This document shows, in pieces, positions 1 through 15,016 of a stretch of DNA of 64,000 nucleotides; position 1 is the first letter of the stretch; the number at the start of each line of letters is the position of its first letter. The DNA is from Macrostomum hystrix (Eukaryota > Animalia > Platyhelminthes). Position numbers and translations under genes: made by a program. Under the pieces are notes generated by a model. That model worked only from the letters and a program-made list of their open reading frames with translations, had not been told where the DNA came from and ran no database searches. The stretch spans positions 2,170,001 to 2,234,000 of the forward strand of contig CATNEN010000034.1 of NCBI GenBank assembly GCA_950097015.1. Direction: 5' to 3'.

Positions 1-164
1 ATCTACAATAAGAAGTTTTTTAAATTAGAAGAACCATATAATAAAGGGCTAATTTTAGCTGGGGCTCAAGAGAAAGGTAAACACCGAAGTACTACGCGCT
101 CTCCAATACTAATTCCACATTTCAGATCTGGGATATGAGCCCATAGGAAGGTCACCAATCCCAC

Positions 165-3100
165 CTGATTAAACACCCTATAGAATTCCCGCTGGGTATT
201 GCGGGATTTGCGCCCTACTTCGTGCACTCTGTCCTTCTCGTCCATTTCGCGCCTCCGTCGCCAGGCCTGCAGATGAGAGTGCGTTGCCAAGGATAAATAA
301 CAGAATCGCCATGGCAACCACTCGCCAGTGGTTGTGTAGAAAGACAAAGGTTAGCTTTCCACACTCACCCCGCATAGAATGGCTATCACAAGAGCTAGGA
401 TTCCGATAAAGTACAGCACAGCGAATCCAATGATGGCGTACTTCTCGTTGCCATACAAATCGTGGGGGCTAGTTATGGAGTGCCAAATACTCAGCAGTAC
501 CAAGAAGATCAGGTTGAAAAGTACTGCCTTGTCCTGAAAGTTAGTCGGATTATACCAGATAAACAGACAGTGACACAACTGCAGCTATCGTGCTGCCCAT
601 CTAAGAGATGCGTACAGCTGCTCAGTCCATGGACTGGGTCGGGCGCCATACCCGCATACCTTAATTTCTACTCCATGTAATTTCTACTACACCTTAATTT
701 CTAGACGATATTACAATAGCAAACATATAACATCAAATTCATAACACAAGCAGAAAAGATCAATCAGAAACGCGCACACATGGCCTTATATATATTGAGC
801 CCTGACAACTGCTTTTGCTTCAATTGTAATCAGAGAACACGAAGAATTTAAGCGAATTGTGCATAAAGGTAGCAGGTATGTAAGCTTTTTACTCGTATGT
901 TAACGCTATAATTTTCAGACGATAAAGTAATGCGAGAAGGCAGCTAAGACCAATGGCCCCTAGAAGAAGAAAGACGGGACGCTTCGTTTCTTGGAAAATT
1001 TATTAAAGGCAGATTTTTCACGGAAATGCACTAGCACCATAGGAATTTTTTTCACGTTTTCACATTAAAATGTTAATAGTTTAATATACGAATATCTTGC
1101 AAAACATGTTGCTAAAACGAATTTTGGAAAACTTTATTCATGGATAATTTATTTTTATTTTATTTTTGTTTATTTCTGATGAAGCACACAAGTCAGTCAA
1201 TAGCTATCAAGTGACTAACTCAATTTTATAGTCACTTTCTAATCAAGTATAAGTTTAGTACGAGAATTATGCAGTATGTTTTCATCAAGAAATGAGTAGG
1301 CCAGGCTATTCGCAAAGTATTTGTCTACTTGGTTGCTATTGTGCTGCATGATAAATAAAGAAAATAAAATGAAGATCAATTTTTAATGAATGAAGATTTC
1401 TAAAAGTCGCTGAAGCAACATGTTTTCCGAGTTTTTTTAAGAACAGTAATTGGATCCGCTCCTAATAAAAAGTTATCTACATTTTTTGTGAAAGAAAACT
1501 TGAAAAAGTTACTATCTCGCTTGTGCATTTTCCGTGAAAATCAGCCTTTAATAAATTTTCCAGGAAACTAAGTGTCCAGTCCTTCTTCTAGGGGTCCTTG
1601 GCAAAAACTCACCAGAATTGTTAGATAGGAGATGCGCGGAATGCTGTTCGTGACCACAAACTTGAATGTGATTGTGGTGAGCAGTAGGATGAAGGACAAC
1701 TGCAGCCGGCCCTGCAGATTCAACCGGTCGATGGCGAACACGCACATGGCCAAGGCGCACAGGATGAAGGACACGAACCAGATGTTCACCATATAGAACA
1801 TGGACCTGCGCGTTGCCCTGGTCGTGAAGTTCAGAGCTGGCCTCTGCCGCGGTCCGATGTGGCTATCAGAAATGATCGACGTGTTAGTAGTTTCAACGTG
1901 CGTGTGCAGTCGCCACTCTTGAACGTCCATGAAGGTGCTGGTGAGGACGCGACAAGGCCGGTCTGGCATCACCTGCAGGTCGATGGCCCAATTAGGCAGG
2001 TTTGAGCACACGGTAGCTGTCAAATCCTGTAAATGGAAACAAATTAGTGAAAGTATTGTGAAACAACAGTTTATTTAGTCCTCAGATAAGCGTTTATAGC
2101 CTAGTGGTTAAAGCGTCGGACCCGTGACTAGAAGTTCGGGGGGTTCGATTACCGACCCTACTTGAACAGATTTGTGTCCTTTAGCAAGAAATTAATCTTT
2201 GCATTGCTGAAGTTCACCCAGCTGTTTAATAGGTACCGACCAGCATTAGCTGGGGTAATTGAGGGTAATAGAAGTTAAACGGGAGGCAGTGTGAAATGTG
2301 TCTGGAGTCTCTGTGATGGTGACGTGACCCGACTGTGTTTCTAACTCCTTCCAGCATTTCATCAGGCGTCCGTCATGGAGGCTCCCTGCCGCTAAGTCAA
2401 GTAAGTCAAAGCATTTCATCAGGTGAACTTGCTGAGGATAATTGTGAAACTTACCTGCGTATCAAACGGGAAGTGCCAGAGCTCCATCTGCTCGTAGAAC
2501 TTTCCTCGAATGCTGTGCTTCTCCTGCACGAAGGTTGCCCCGGAGTCCAGCCGTACAATCTCAACCTCTTTGCGGTGCTTGACTTCGCCGATGCTGTTGT
2601 CAATGTACAGGTCCGGGTGCCACATGCCAGATGTTTCGACGGTGTTTACAACGTCATCCAGAAGTGGCTCGCGCCATCGCGCTTCAAGGTAGAGCGAGGC
2701 ATCGAAGCACTCGCGCACCGTGTCGATGTCGCCAATCTTTGTGAACATCAGCCGGAGTTGGACTTCTCGCTGTAGCGAAAAATTCGGACAATATAATGAA
2801 CACTAAATAGAACCAAAACTTGAATTATAACAACAATTGTCACGCTTTTTGGTTTCACAGCAGCAAGACGAGAAAGCAATGCATTCTTTTTGTGTTCCCG
2901 TGGTGTTTCAAGTCTGAACATTTGAATGTGATTAAAATCAAAGAACGAGTGCGTTCTCGTTAGTGCAGGTTCGACGTCGTTAGTGCAAAAATGATATCTA
3001 TTTTTTTACTGTAATCTAGTAAGAAACATTTTTTTGACGGGCTGCACGCACTCTGTGGCGTTGTTTGGTGAGAGTGGACCCAAGGAGCTCGGCTATTCAC

Positions 3101-3329
3101 CCCCTACAAATACAAGGTAGAACTAACAACAAATACCCGAAGAGACAGGACGTAAATTCACCTTCTGCGGAGAATTCAGATTCACCGGCTGATTGTCGGG
3201 GTCCACAAGGTCCAGGTCAGCATCGCTGCGGTTGGCCAGGATCTCGATGGACACATTCTGTCTGGTGGCTGGCGATCCGTGCGACTGATTTGCAGAATTC
3301 GCTGCAACCACTGCTGCGGAGTTGCCCAT
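165..3329 (-). CDS. Cys-less (Pro-loop) pentameric ligand-gated ion channel subunit, spliced; 3' end uncertain
   Basis: Exons 3329-3162, 2769-2455, 2026-1613, 533-369, 266-165; all GT-AG, all phase 0. Motifs: KIGDIDT, LEARW, loop A WHPDLYIDN, Pro-loop FYEQMELWHFPFDTQD (no cysteines), four TM helices, M2 GRLQLSFILLLTTITF, M2-M3 PRISYLTILDK. After 165 the gene either splices out of the window (CAG|GTGGGA) or reads through to TGA at 66-68. Confidence 0.88.
545..665 (-). mobile_element. Truncated tail of SINE family 1
   Basis: GCAGCTAT...GCGTACAGCTGCTCAGTCCATGGACTGGG closely matches 4785-4890, the tail adjoining the SINE head at 4890-5047. Confidence 0.5.
951..1600. mobile_element. MITE with long (about 150 bp) imperfect TIRs, CAAGG-ended family (P- or hAT-like)
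   Basis: 951-1100 is the reverse complement of about 1480-1600 (CAA(T)GGCCCCTAGAAGAAG...TTGGAAAATTT / CTTCTTCTAGGGGTCCTTG). Degenerate 8-bp TSD GCTAAGAC/GCAAAAAC. Lies in a channel-gene intron. Confidence 0.75.
2090..2330 (+). mobile_element. tRNA-derived SINE, family 1
   Basis: A-box TAGCCTAGTGG, B-box GGTTCGATT, then a central GTGTCCTTTAGCAAG...CACCCAGCTG...TAGGTACC block (V/Meta-SINE-like by recollection). An inverted copy lies at 4785-5047. Confidence 0.75.
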
Positions 3330-4070
3330 TGTTCGCGAAGTTATTCCCAACTAAGAATACATTTCCATGCGAAAGAGACTTTTTGAGTTTTTATTCTACT
3401 TTTTATGCGGTGTTTGGCGAGACTGGGATGCTGTTGGGATTCAAAATTTTCACTATACTGGAGGAAAGTTTGCGAGGCGGATAGCGTCACCACGGGGTTG
3501 GTGGCCAGCCACGGCCAATGCTGAGCCGCCTCAGAAGCAGAGGGGAGGTATGGACGGTTCGCCATTCGCCTTGAAGAAGAACACCTGGTCGGCAGGTATA
3601 CACCATGCAGGGGAGCTTTGTGGATTCAGGGCGGATCTGACTCCCTCCACTTCGCGTCTCCACCCCCTCCTCGGCTCCCCACTCCGCGCCCCTTCGGCTG
3701 GTTTCAACTGCTTCTCCCGCACGCAATGAGTTGGGGGGGCTGAGCAGACGGGACTGGGTTAAACTGGAACTCGCTGAATGGCTGAGCAGGAAGGCTAATT
3801 TCCCACCTTGCAGGCTGCGTAGATTAGATCCCAGCTAGCATAGCTAATTATCCCCTATCCCCTACCCGACACTTCTCATCTGCTCGGATTGACATTTACA
3901 ACTCAGGTAGCAGCAATTTTTTGTTTTTCTTTGGTGCCTAATAAAATAGAGCGCAGGAACTACGGATGTACTCAACTAGCAACGTTTTTTAATTACTCCT
4001 TACCTCCGCATATTAAAGCCATAGACATTATCTCTGCTCTTGTAAGTTATTTGGGCCTTTAAACAATAGA

Positions 4071-4622
4071 ACTACCAAGGGTGGACTTCCCCACCTTGAC
4101 ATTTTTTGTGCTGCACCCGAACGGAGCTACGCAAGCACACGAAACAAGCCAACTTGTTTGCGCATCTTCCGAAACAAGAATAAAGTTGCCAGCTCTTCAG
4201 ACCGTCGAGATATTCAATGTTTCTGGCCGAAGGTCAGATTTTCCCATAAGCGCTAGTGTATTTCATACACCCCTATACACGAATTAGCACTGCACCTCAG
4301 TGCGGCGACTGATGCCAACCTTCAAAATTGATCAGCATGTCACCCGAATGTGCCTGCATCATCTCCGTCTTTGGTGGTCGCCTACCGTTATCTAGACGGA
4401 TTTGCTGGACCTTCAAGGGCTACAACAGGTGGAAATAGGCCACTATGGACACCCTGACGCGAATTTCTCAATGTCACTGATCAAGCCTAAATATTTGGCG
4501 CAGCTCAACCACAGTACACCATCGACTAGTCTGTCAACCAATCAGTCACCACACAACACTAAAAATCTGGGGTGGGGGAATCCCCCTGGGTATAAAAACG
4601 GGCGGCAAAATGGCTTGGTAGT
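4071..4622. mobile_element. Non-autonomous TIR element (MITE-like), family shared with 33602-33909
   Basis: Terminal ACTACCAAG (4071) / CTTGGTAGT (4614-4622) and subterminal TTCCCC..../....GGGGAA inverted motifs. Internal blocks GCTGCACC.GAACGGAGC and CTAGACGGA..TGGACCTTCAAGGGCTACAACA recur at 33.6-33.8 kb. Confidence 0.6.
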
Positions 4623-4784
4623 CCAACTGTTAATAAGTGTCGCAGAGAGATATACTGTAAAATAGGTGCATTATGCATTAGCAAATAATATTTTCCTGCC
4701 ATTATTGATATCCTGTCATTAAACTAATGTGATATTGATAAAAATAATTAATAATAATTGATTACACCTGCCCTAATCGGGTCA

Positions 4785-5047
4785 GATGTGCAGACGACAG
4801 CACAGCCGCAGCTATTGCGCGGCGCATCTGAAGGCTGCGTACGGCTGTTCAGTCCATGGACTGGGGGGACGCCACACCCACCTTCAATTATCCCAGCTAA
4901 TGCTGGTACCTATTTAACAGCTGGGTGAACTGAAGCAATGCAGAGTTAAGTGTCTTGCTAAAGGACACAAATTGTTTAAGTGGAGACGGGAATCGAACCC
5001 CCGACCTTCAAGTCGTGAGTCCGACGCCCTAAACACTAGGCTACAAC
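4785..5047 (-). mobile_element. tRNA-derived SINE, family 1 (inverted copy)
   Basis: Reverse complement reads GTAGCCTAGTG...GGGTTCGATTCCCG...GTGTCCTTTAGCAAGACACTTAAC...CACCCAGCTGTTAAATAGGTACC; homologous to 2090-2330. Confidence 0.78.
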
Positions 5048-5511
5048 CTCTTTGTACAGACTTTGTATTGATAAAAAAGAAAGAAAAATAAATGATTATA
5101 TTAAGTACCATGAAAAGCAATATGATGATTTGCACTCCGATTAAATTGCACCGTCACTGCATCAGCACGACTGCAACAATTTCTGCCTCAGTTTTTGTTA
5201 TTTGAGCATTCGTCTTTTATATTCTGACAAGAGCATTTAAATCAGCGGAATGATTTGCATCATTTTAACTCGTAGTTCTTCAATGACACAAAGCACTATG
5301 CGCCTGCGCCTGTGACAATGCAAGTTAAAAATATAACCCATCACAATAACCCAGTCTCAGCTAGCCTGCATCTTTCATTTTCAATTCAATTTTACATTTT
5401 TCATTTTCGTTTTGAAATACAGCATCAGCTGAACTAGCAATCGCCAATCTAATTTAAGGGGCCGGTCTTTACCAAAGCTCGGTGATCTGTCATTCTAATC
5501 TGTGCGTATCA

Positions 5512-6712
5512 GGATAATCTCCCGTGGATAATCTCTCCTGGAGAATCTCCTCAGGAGAATCTTCCCTATAGAATCTCCTCGGGAGAATCTTCCCTATAGA
5601 ATCTCCTCGGGAGAATCTTCCCTATAGAATCTCCTCGGTAGAATCTTCCCTATAGAATCTCCTCGGTAGAATCTTCCCTATAGAATCTCCTCGGGAGAAT
5701 CTTCCCTATAGAATCTCCTCGGGAGAATCTTCCCTATAGAATCTCCTCGGGAGAATCTTCCCTATAGAATCTCCTCGGTAGAATCTTCCCTATAGAATCT
5801 CCTCTGTAGAATCTTCCCTATATAATCTCCTCGGTAGAATCTTCCCTATAGAATCTCCTCGGGAGAATCTTCCCTATAGAATCTCCTCGGTAGAATCTTC
5901 CCTATAGAATCTCCTCGGGAGAATCTTCCCTATAGAATCTCCTCGAGAAAATCTTCCCTATAGAATCTCCTCGGGAGAATCTTCCCTATAGAATCTCCTC
6001 GGTAGAATCTTCCCTATAGAATCTCCTCGGGAGAATCTTCCCTATAGAATCTCCTCGGGAGAATCTTCCCTATAGAATCTCCTCGGTAGAATCTTCCCTA
6101 TAGAATCTCCTCGGGAGAATCTTCCCTAAGAATCTCCTCGGTAGAATCTTCCCTATAGAATCTCCTCGGGAGAATCTTCCCTATAGAATCTCCTCGGTAG
6201 AATCTTCCCTATAGAATCTCCTCGGTAGAATCTTCCCTATAGAATCTCCTCGGGAGAATCTTCCCTATAGAATCTCCTCGAGAAAATCTTCCCTATAGAA
6301 TCTCCTCGGGAGAATCTTCCCTATAGAATCTCCTCGGTAGAATCTTCCCTATAGAATCTCCTCGGGAGAATCTTCCCTATAGAATCTCCTCGGTAGAATC
6401 TTCCCTATAGAATCTCCTCGGGAGAATCTTCCCTAAGAATCTCCTCGGTAGAATCTTCCCTATAGAATCTCCTCGGGAGAATCTTCCCTATAGAATCTCC
6501 TCGGTAGAATCTTCCCTATAGAATCTCCTCGGTAGAATCTTCCCTATAGAATCTCCTCGGGAGAATCTTCCCTATAGAATCTCCTCGTGAGAATCTTCCC
6601 TATAGAATCTCCTCGGTAGAATCTTCCCTAGAGAATCTCCTCGTGAGAATCTTCCCTATAGAATCTCCTCGGTAGAATCTTCCCTATAGAATCTCCTCGA
6701 GAAAATCTTCCA
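5512..6712. repeat. 28-bp minisatellite (dimer of 14-bp AGAATCT-containing monomers)
   Basis: Unit GGAGAATCTTCCCTATAGAATCTCCTCG, about 40 copies. Confidence 0.97.
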
Positions 6713-6894
6713 GATCTTCAGACCTTGGCTCGCTCTGCCCGGCCATTCCTAAGTGTTATTCTTCTTCACCTTCAAAAGAGCATCACCTGCACTTTGTTCC
6801 CCAGCTCTCGTCGCCCGCCGTACCTTCTGCCCCACACGGGAATCGGTCCGCACAGTTGCGGGTCCCCACGTTGAAGTCCCCCGTAGTCGCCCTA

Positions 6895-6930
6895 TTCGCC
6901 ATAGCAACGGACTAACAACAGCCAGTGAGT
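6895..6930 (+). promoter_or_regulatory. Candidate RFX X-box-like site plus splice donor of a putative non-coding first exon of the DYRK gene
   Basis: TTCGCCATAGCAAC (6895-6908) is followed by CA|GTGAGT at 6925. A strong orphan acceptor CCTAAC...TTTGCAG ends at 10112, upstream of the DYRK ATG. Confidence 0.35.
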
Positions 6931-7092
6931 ATTTGTTCAGGCAATACTCAACGGAGATATACTTTGTAGAGCACTACGTTCTCTAAAAGGACAAAATTGT
7001 CCTGCCCAAATAAAATCAGAGAGAAAGAGAGAGAGAGTAATGTCTACTGTAAGTTAGTCTGTCTCATTTTTAGGATTCATGTCGGTCTAGTG

Positions 7093-7607
7093 CAGGGGTA
7101 GGCAAACTTATTTGCTGGCGGGCCAAAGAGAGAACCTAAAAGACGACAGCGAGCCGCATTGACTGTAAAAATATGAGATAGAGGAGAGATGAGACACGGG
7201 AGAGATGAGACACGGGAGAGATGAGACACGGGAGAGATGAGACACGGGAGAGATAGGACACGGGAGAGATAAGACACGGGAGAGATGAGACACGGGAGAG
7301 ATGAGACACGAGAGCGATAGGACACGGGAGAGATAAGACACGGGAGAGATGAGACACGGGAGAGATGAGACACGAGAGCGATGAGAGACGGGAGAGATTA
7401 GACACGAGAGCGATGAGACACAGGAGAGATGAGACACGGGAGAGATTAGACACGGGAGAGATTAGACACGGGAGAGATTAGACACGGGAGAGATGAGACA
7501 CGAGAGAGATGAAACAGGACACTGTAGATGTCAGAAGGGGCAACGGGCCGGATTTGGGAGCTTCAAGGGCCGCATCTGGCCCGCGGGCCGGAGTTTGCCG
7601 ACCCCTG
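7093..7607. mobile_element. Non-autonomous hAT (Charlie-like) transposon carrying an internal minisatellite
   Basis: TIRs CAGGGGTAGGCAAAC / GTTTGCCGACCCCTG; perfect 8-bp TSD GTCTAGTG (7085-7092 and 7608-7615); subterminal GGCCCGCGGGCC motifs. Confidence 0.92.
7186..7512. repeat. 16-bp minisatellite inside hAT MITE
   Basis: Unit GAGATGAGACACGGGA, about 20 copies. Confidence 0.95.
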
Positions 7608-10154
7608 GTCTAGTGCAAGAAGACAGCTTTGCATCCTAAGAAAGCAGAGGGCAATGCAGGCACCGCAAAATTTCCTGAAAGCACAGGAAATCTGGTTCAG
7701 CAGCTTCCACGGCTTCAGCAGCAAAGGCAACTCAAAATTTGATAGGGACTAGAGAAGCTGCTATGCTACGTGTATAAGAACACATTTTTTTGTTTTTTGT
7801 TGTATTTATAGAAAGGTTCTTGTACATACTCTTTTACATACAAAACAATTGTCATATTTACACTGGTGCTTCAGGCCATAGTTACTGATAGTTACTAAGT
7901 GCACTCTGCAAACAATTTACCTGCGAGCACAATAATGAAATTATGCGCACCCGCATCGGTTCAGGAAACGCTAGATGCAAATGGCTCTTTGTATTTACAA
8001 TGTTCTCGGATGCCTGAGTGCTTGAGGAAAAACAGTTTTTAGCCACCCCATTTGCAATCCTGCATTCTCTAGCCGTGTGCTCATGTAGATCCCCCCAGAC
8101 TGCATTCATTGTTTCTATGCTATGTATAGGAAAATTGCTGCTATAATATCCTGCCGCTATAGATCTGCAGAGTTTTTTTAAGACACTTTCACATTTGTAA
8201 CTTCTATGTATCTATAGTCAGTTTAGTATTCTGCTAGCAGGATAATTCTATTATCCTGCCTCATGAGAAATTGTTTCGAGTGAAATGGCTTACTTTTGAA
8301 ATATGGGATAACAAATGAATTGCTTAAGACTACAATAAATTTATGCGTATGGATCGAAACAGTGATTTGTGAAATCCTCCTTATGTATCCCCATTATGTG
8401 GGCCACCGAATTAGAATTTGTTTTTCATTTACTTTTATACAACATTTTTTCTGTAATAAGTATTATTTAAAATAAATGAATAACAATTATAAATCGAAAA
8501 AAGAGTTGAAGCGCAAGGCAACAGTAGAGGAAAAAAAAATAAGAATTCTCTTACTTTTTAAGAAAAAAATTAAATGGTCGCATCAACACATTATTTTCGT
8601 TTAATAGTGACTGCATTGTCGCATTAATCATAAATATTATGGATTACTGTATATATATCAGATTTATTACTGTAAACGCTTTTACGAAGAAACTTTAAGA
8701 ACGTTAAGTACGGTTGGAATGTTAAAGGTTAAAAGGTTAAAATCTTTAAAACTCGTATGATTCAAGAAATAATAAGCAAGTATTTGTAACTACCATACAA
8801 GCGTACTCGTGAAAATATTCAAAAGCGGTTATTCTCGAGCAATATAAAATAAGAAATCAAAAATCATTAACGAATGTTAACTTATTATTTACATTATTTG
8901 CATGTAAATAGCTTGAGTTACTCAACACTGATGTCTGGTAGGCATGCGCATAAAAAATAAAAAAACTGAATAGAAAACGATTTGCTTACACAGAATGTTG
9001 GGTCGTTTTAATGCACTTTGAACGGTAGTAAAAAACGGCACGGTTTGCGCGAGTTTATGACTTTTTGTGAAAACAATTATAACAATAGTTCGCTGTTTTA
9101 GTTCGATCACTGATAAAACTACAGTGTATTTTTCGTCACGAATACAGTTATATTTTATCTTTTTATTTTCGTGTTCGATATTACATATTTGTGGTGTATT
9201 TGGAACTAATAAACGTTTTAAATGCGGTTGCCAATCTGGATTTTTCTCTGCATACCATCGGTATGGGCATACGTAAATTAAACTTCTTATTGTCATTTTA
9301 AGCGTCAAATATATGGATTATTTACAGCAAAAAGTGCATGCTTAACTAAATGATCAAATCGTTTCTCCTTTGCTAGTCGCTAGCTAACCTTTATTATGTA
9401 TTTTTATCGCCTGAAAGCAGTTTTCAAAACATGTCATTATCTAATATGTTTAATATTGGGAGATTTATATTGCTAAATAATTTTAGCTAATCTGAATATA
9501 TTATATATTTAAATTCAGAGAATTGATTGAATTTTTGTACATTCTAAGGCCATTTAATTGGTAACTTTTTATATAAATATTATATCCAAATATTAGATTC
9601 TAAAGACAGTAATAGTCTTGGCGTACTTGACTTATTAGTACTAGTAAAACACTAGTAGTACTAGTAGTTGATCTTTAACCAAGATATAAAAAATTATTAT
9701 TATTTTTATATCTAATTATCAACCGTTTACAACGGTTTTTGTTGGACAGAGCATCAAATCTAATATACGTTAAAGTTGTAACAATACATTTACATTAGCT
9801 TGCATGTTTTTCTATGACTGGAAAAAAACATAGTAAATCACAATTGAATTGACAAACGCTTACTAGTGAATTTGGCTTACATAGATATCCTTAGTATGAA
9901 TAAAGGATATGAAAAAGTTTGCACATTGCTTACATGTGAGATTTGAAAACTTTTATAAACAGTCCCAAAAGTTTTTCATATGAAATTCTCACTTAGACAT
10001 TATTTATTTTAGATTAGCAATATTCCAAGAAATATTATTTTAAAATGAAAGTAGATGGTTTTACTCGGGACTGATCCGAGAAATTCGCATACCTAACCTA
10101 GGCCATTTGCAGCTGGATTCATCAGCGCCAGCAGCAGCAGCAGCATCAGCACGA

Positions 10155-13716
<3,562 letters not shown>

Positions 13717-13893
13717 CCAACTCCCAAACTTCCTCTAACGCCATAGAATTTACAGATTTATTTTCAGTTTTAGATTGACCGCCTTTGATAGATTTCAATT
13801 TAGGAGTCCCGATAAGACATGTCTTTGCACTGTAAAATTACTAACCAAAAACACTTCATGCTGTTCTTAGCTAAAAACTTGACTAATGCATGC

Positions 13894-15016
13894 GAACAGA
13901 TCCTGTTAGACAGATTGAACAGATCTTGTTAGACAGATTGAACAGATCCTGTTAGACAGATTGAACAGATCCTGTTAGACAGATTGAACAGATCCTGTTA
14001 GACAGATTGAACAGATCCTGTTAGACAGATTGAACAGATCCTGTTAGACAGATTGAACAGATCCTGTTAGACAGATTGAACAGATCCTGTTAGACAGATT
14101 GAACAGATCCTGTTAGACAGATTGAACAGATCCTGTTAGACAGATTGAACAGATCCTGTTAGACAGATTGAACAGATCCTGTTAGACAGATTGAACAGAT
14201 CCTGTTAGACAGATTGAACAGATCCTAGTTTGACAGATTGAACAGATCTTGTTAGACAGATTGAACAGATCCTGTTAGACAGATTGAATCAGATCTTGTT
14301 AGACAGATTGAACAGATCCTGTTAGACAGATTGAACAGATCTTGTTAGACAGATTGAACAGATCTTGTTAGACAGATTGAACAGATCCTGTTAGACAGAT
14401 TGAACAGATCCTTGTTAGACAGATTGAACAGATCCTGTTAGACAGATTGAACAGATCCTGTTAGACAGATTGAACAGATCCTGTTAGACAGATTGAACAG
14501 ATCCTGTTAGACAGATTGAACAGATCCTGTTAGACAGATTGAACAGATCCTGTTAGACAGATTGAACAGATCTTGTTAGACAGATTGAACAGATCCTGTT
14601 AGACAGATTGAACAGATCTTGTTAAACAGATTGAACAGATCTTGTTAGACAGATTGAACAGATCCTGTTAGACAGATTGAACAGATCTTGTTAGACAGAT
14701 TGAACAGATCTTGTTAGACAGATTGAACAGATCCTGTTAGACAGATTGAACAGATCCTGTTAGACAGATTGAACAGATCCTGTTAGACAGATTGAACAGA
14801 TCCTGTTAGACAGATTAAACAGATCCTGTTAGACAGATTGAACAGATCCTATTAGACAGATTGAACAGATCCTGTTAGACAGATTGAACAGATCCTGTTA
14901 GACAGATTGAACAGATCCTGTTAGACAGATTGAACAGATCCTGTTAGACAGATTGAACAGATCCTGTTAGACAGATTGAACAGATCCTGTTAGACAGATT
15001 GAACAGATCCTGTTAG
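13894..15016. repeat. 23-bp minisatellite just 3' of DYRK stop
   Basis: Unit GAACAGATCCTGTTAGACAGATT, about 48 copies. Confidence 0.97.

Noticed and set aside
2090-2170. tRNA genes at the SINE heads (also about 4970-5047, 34920-34998, 63378-63460)
   Set aside because: A/B boxes are present but there is no complete cloverleaf, and each continues into a shared SINE body.
3367-3729. Overlapping short ORFs upstream of the channel ATG as a signal-peptide exon or LINE remnant
   Set aside because: No hydrophobic signal sequence, no convincing donor/acceptor pair and no clear RT motif could be identified.
6786-6902. Minus-strand short ORF with GDFN (LINE endonuclease-like motif)
   Set aside because: Only 39 codons and no other APE motifs; better explained as GC-rich promoter/UTR sequence.
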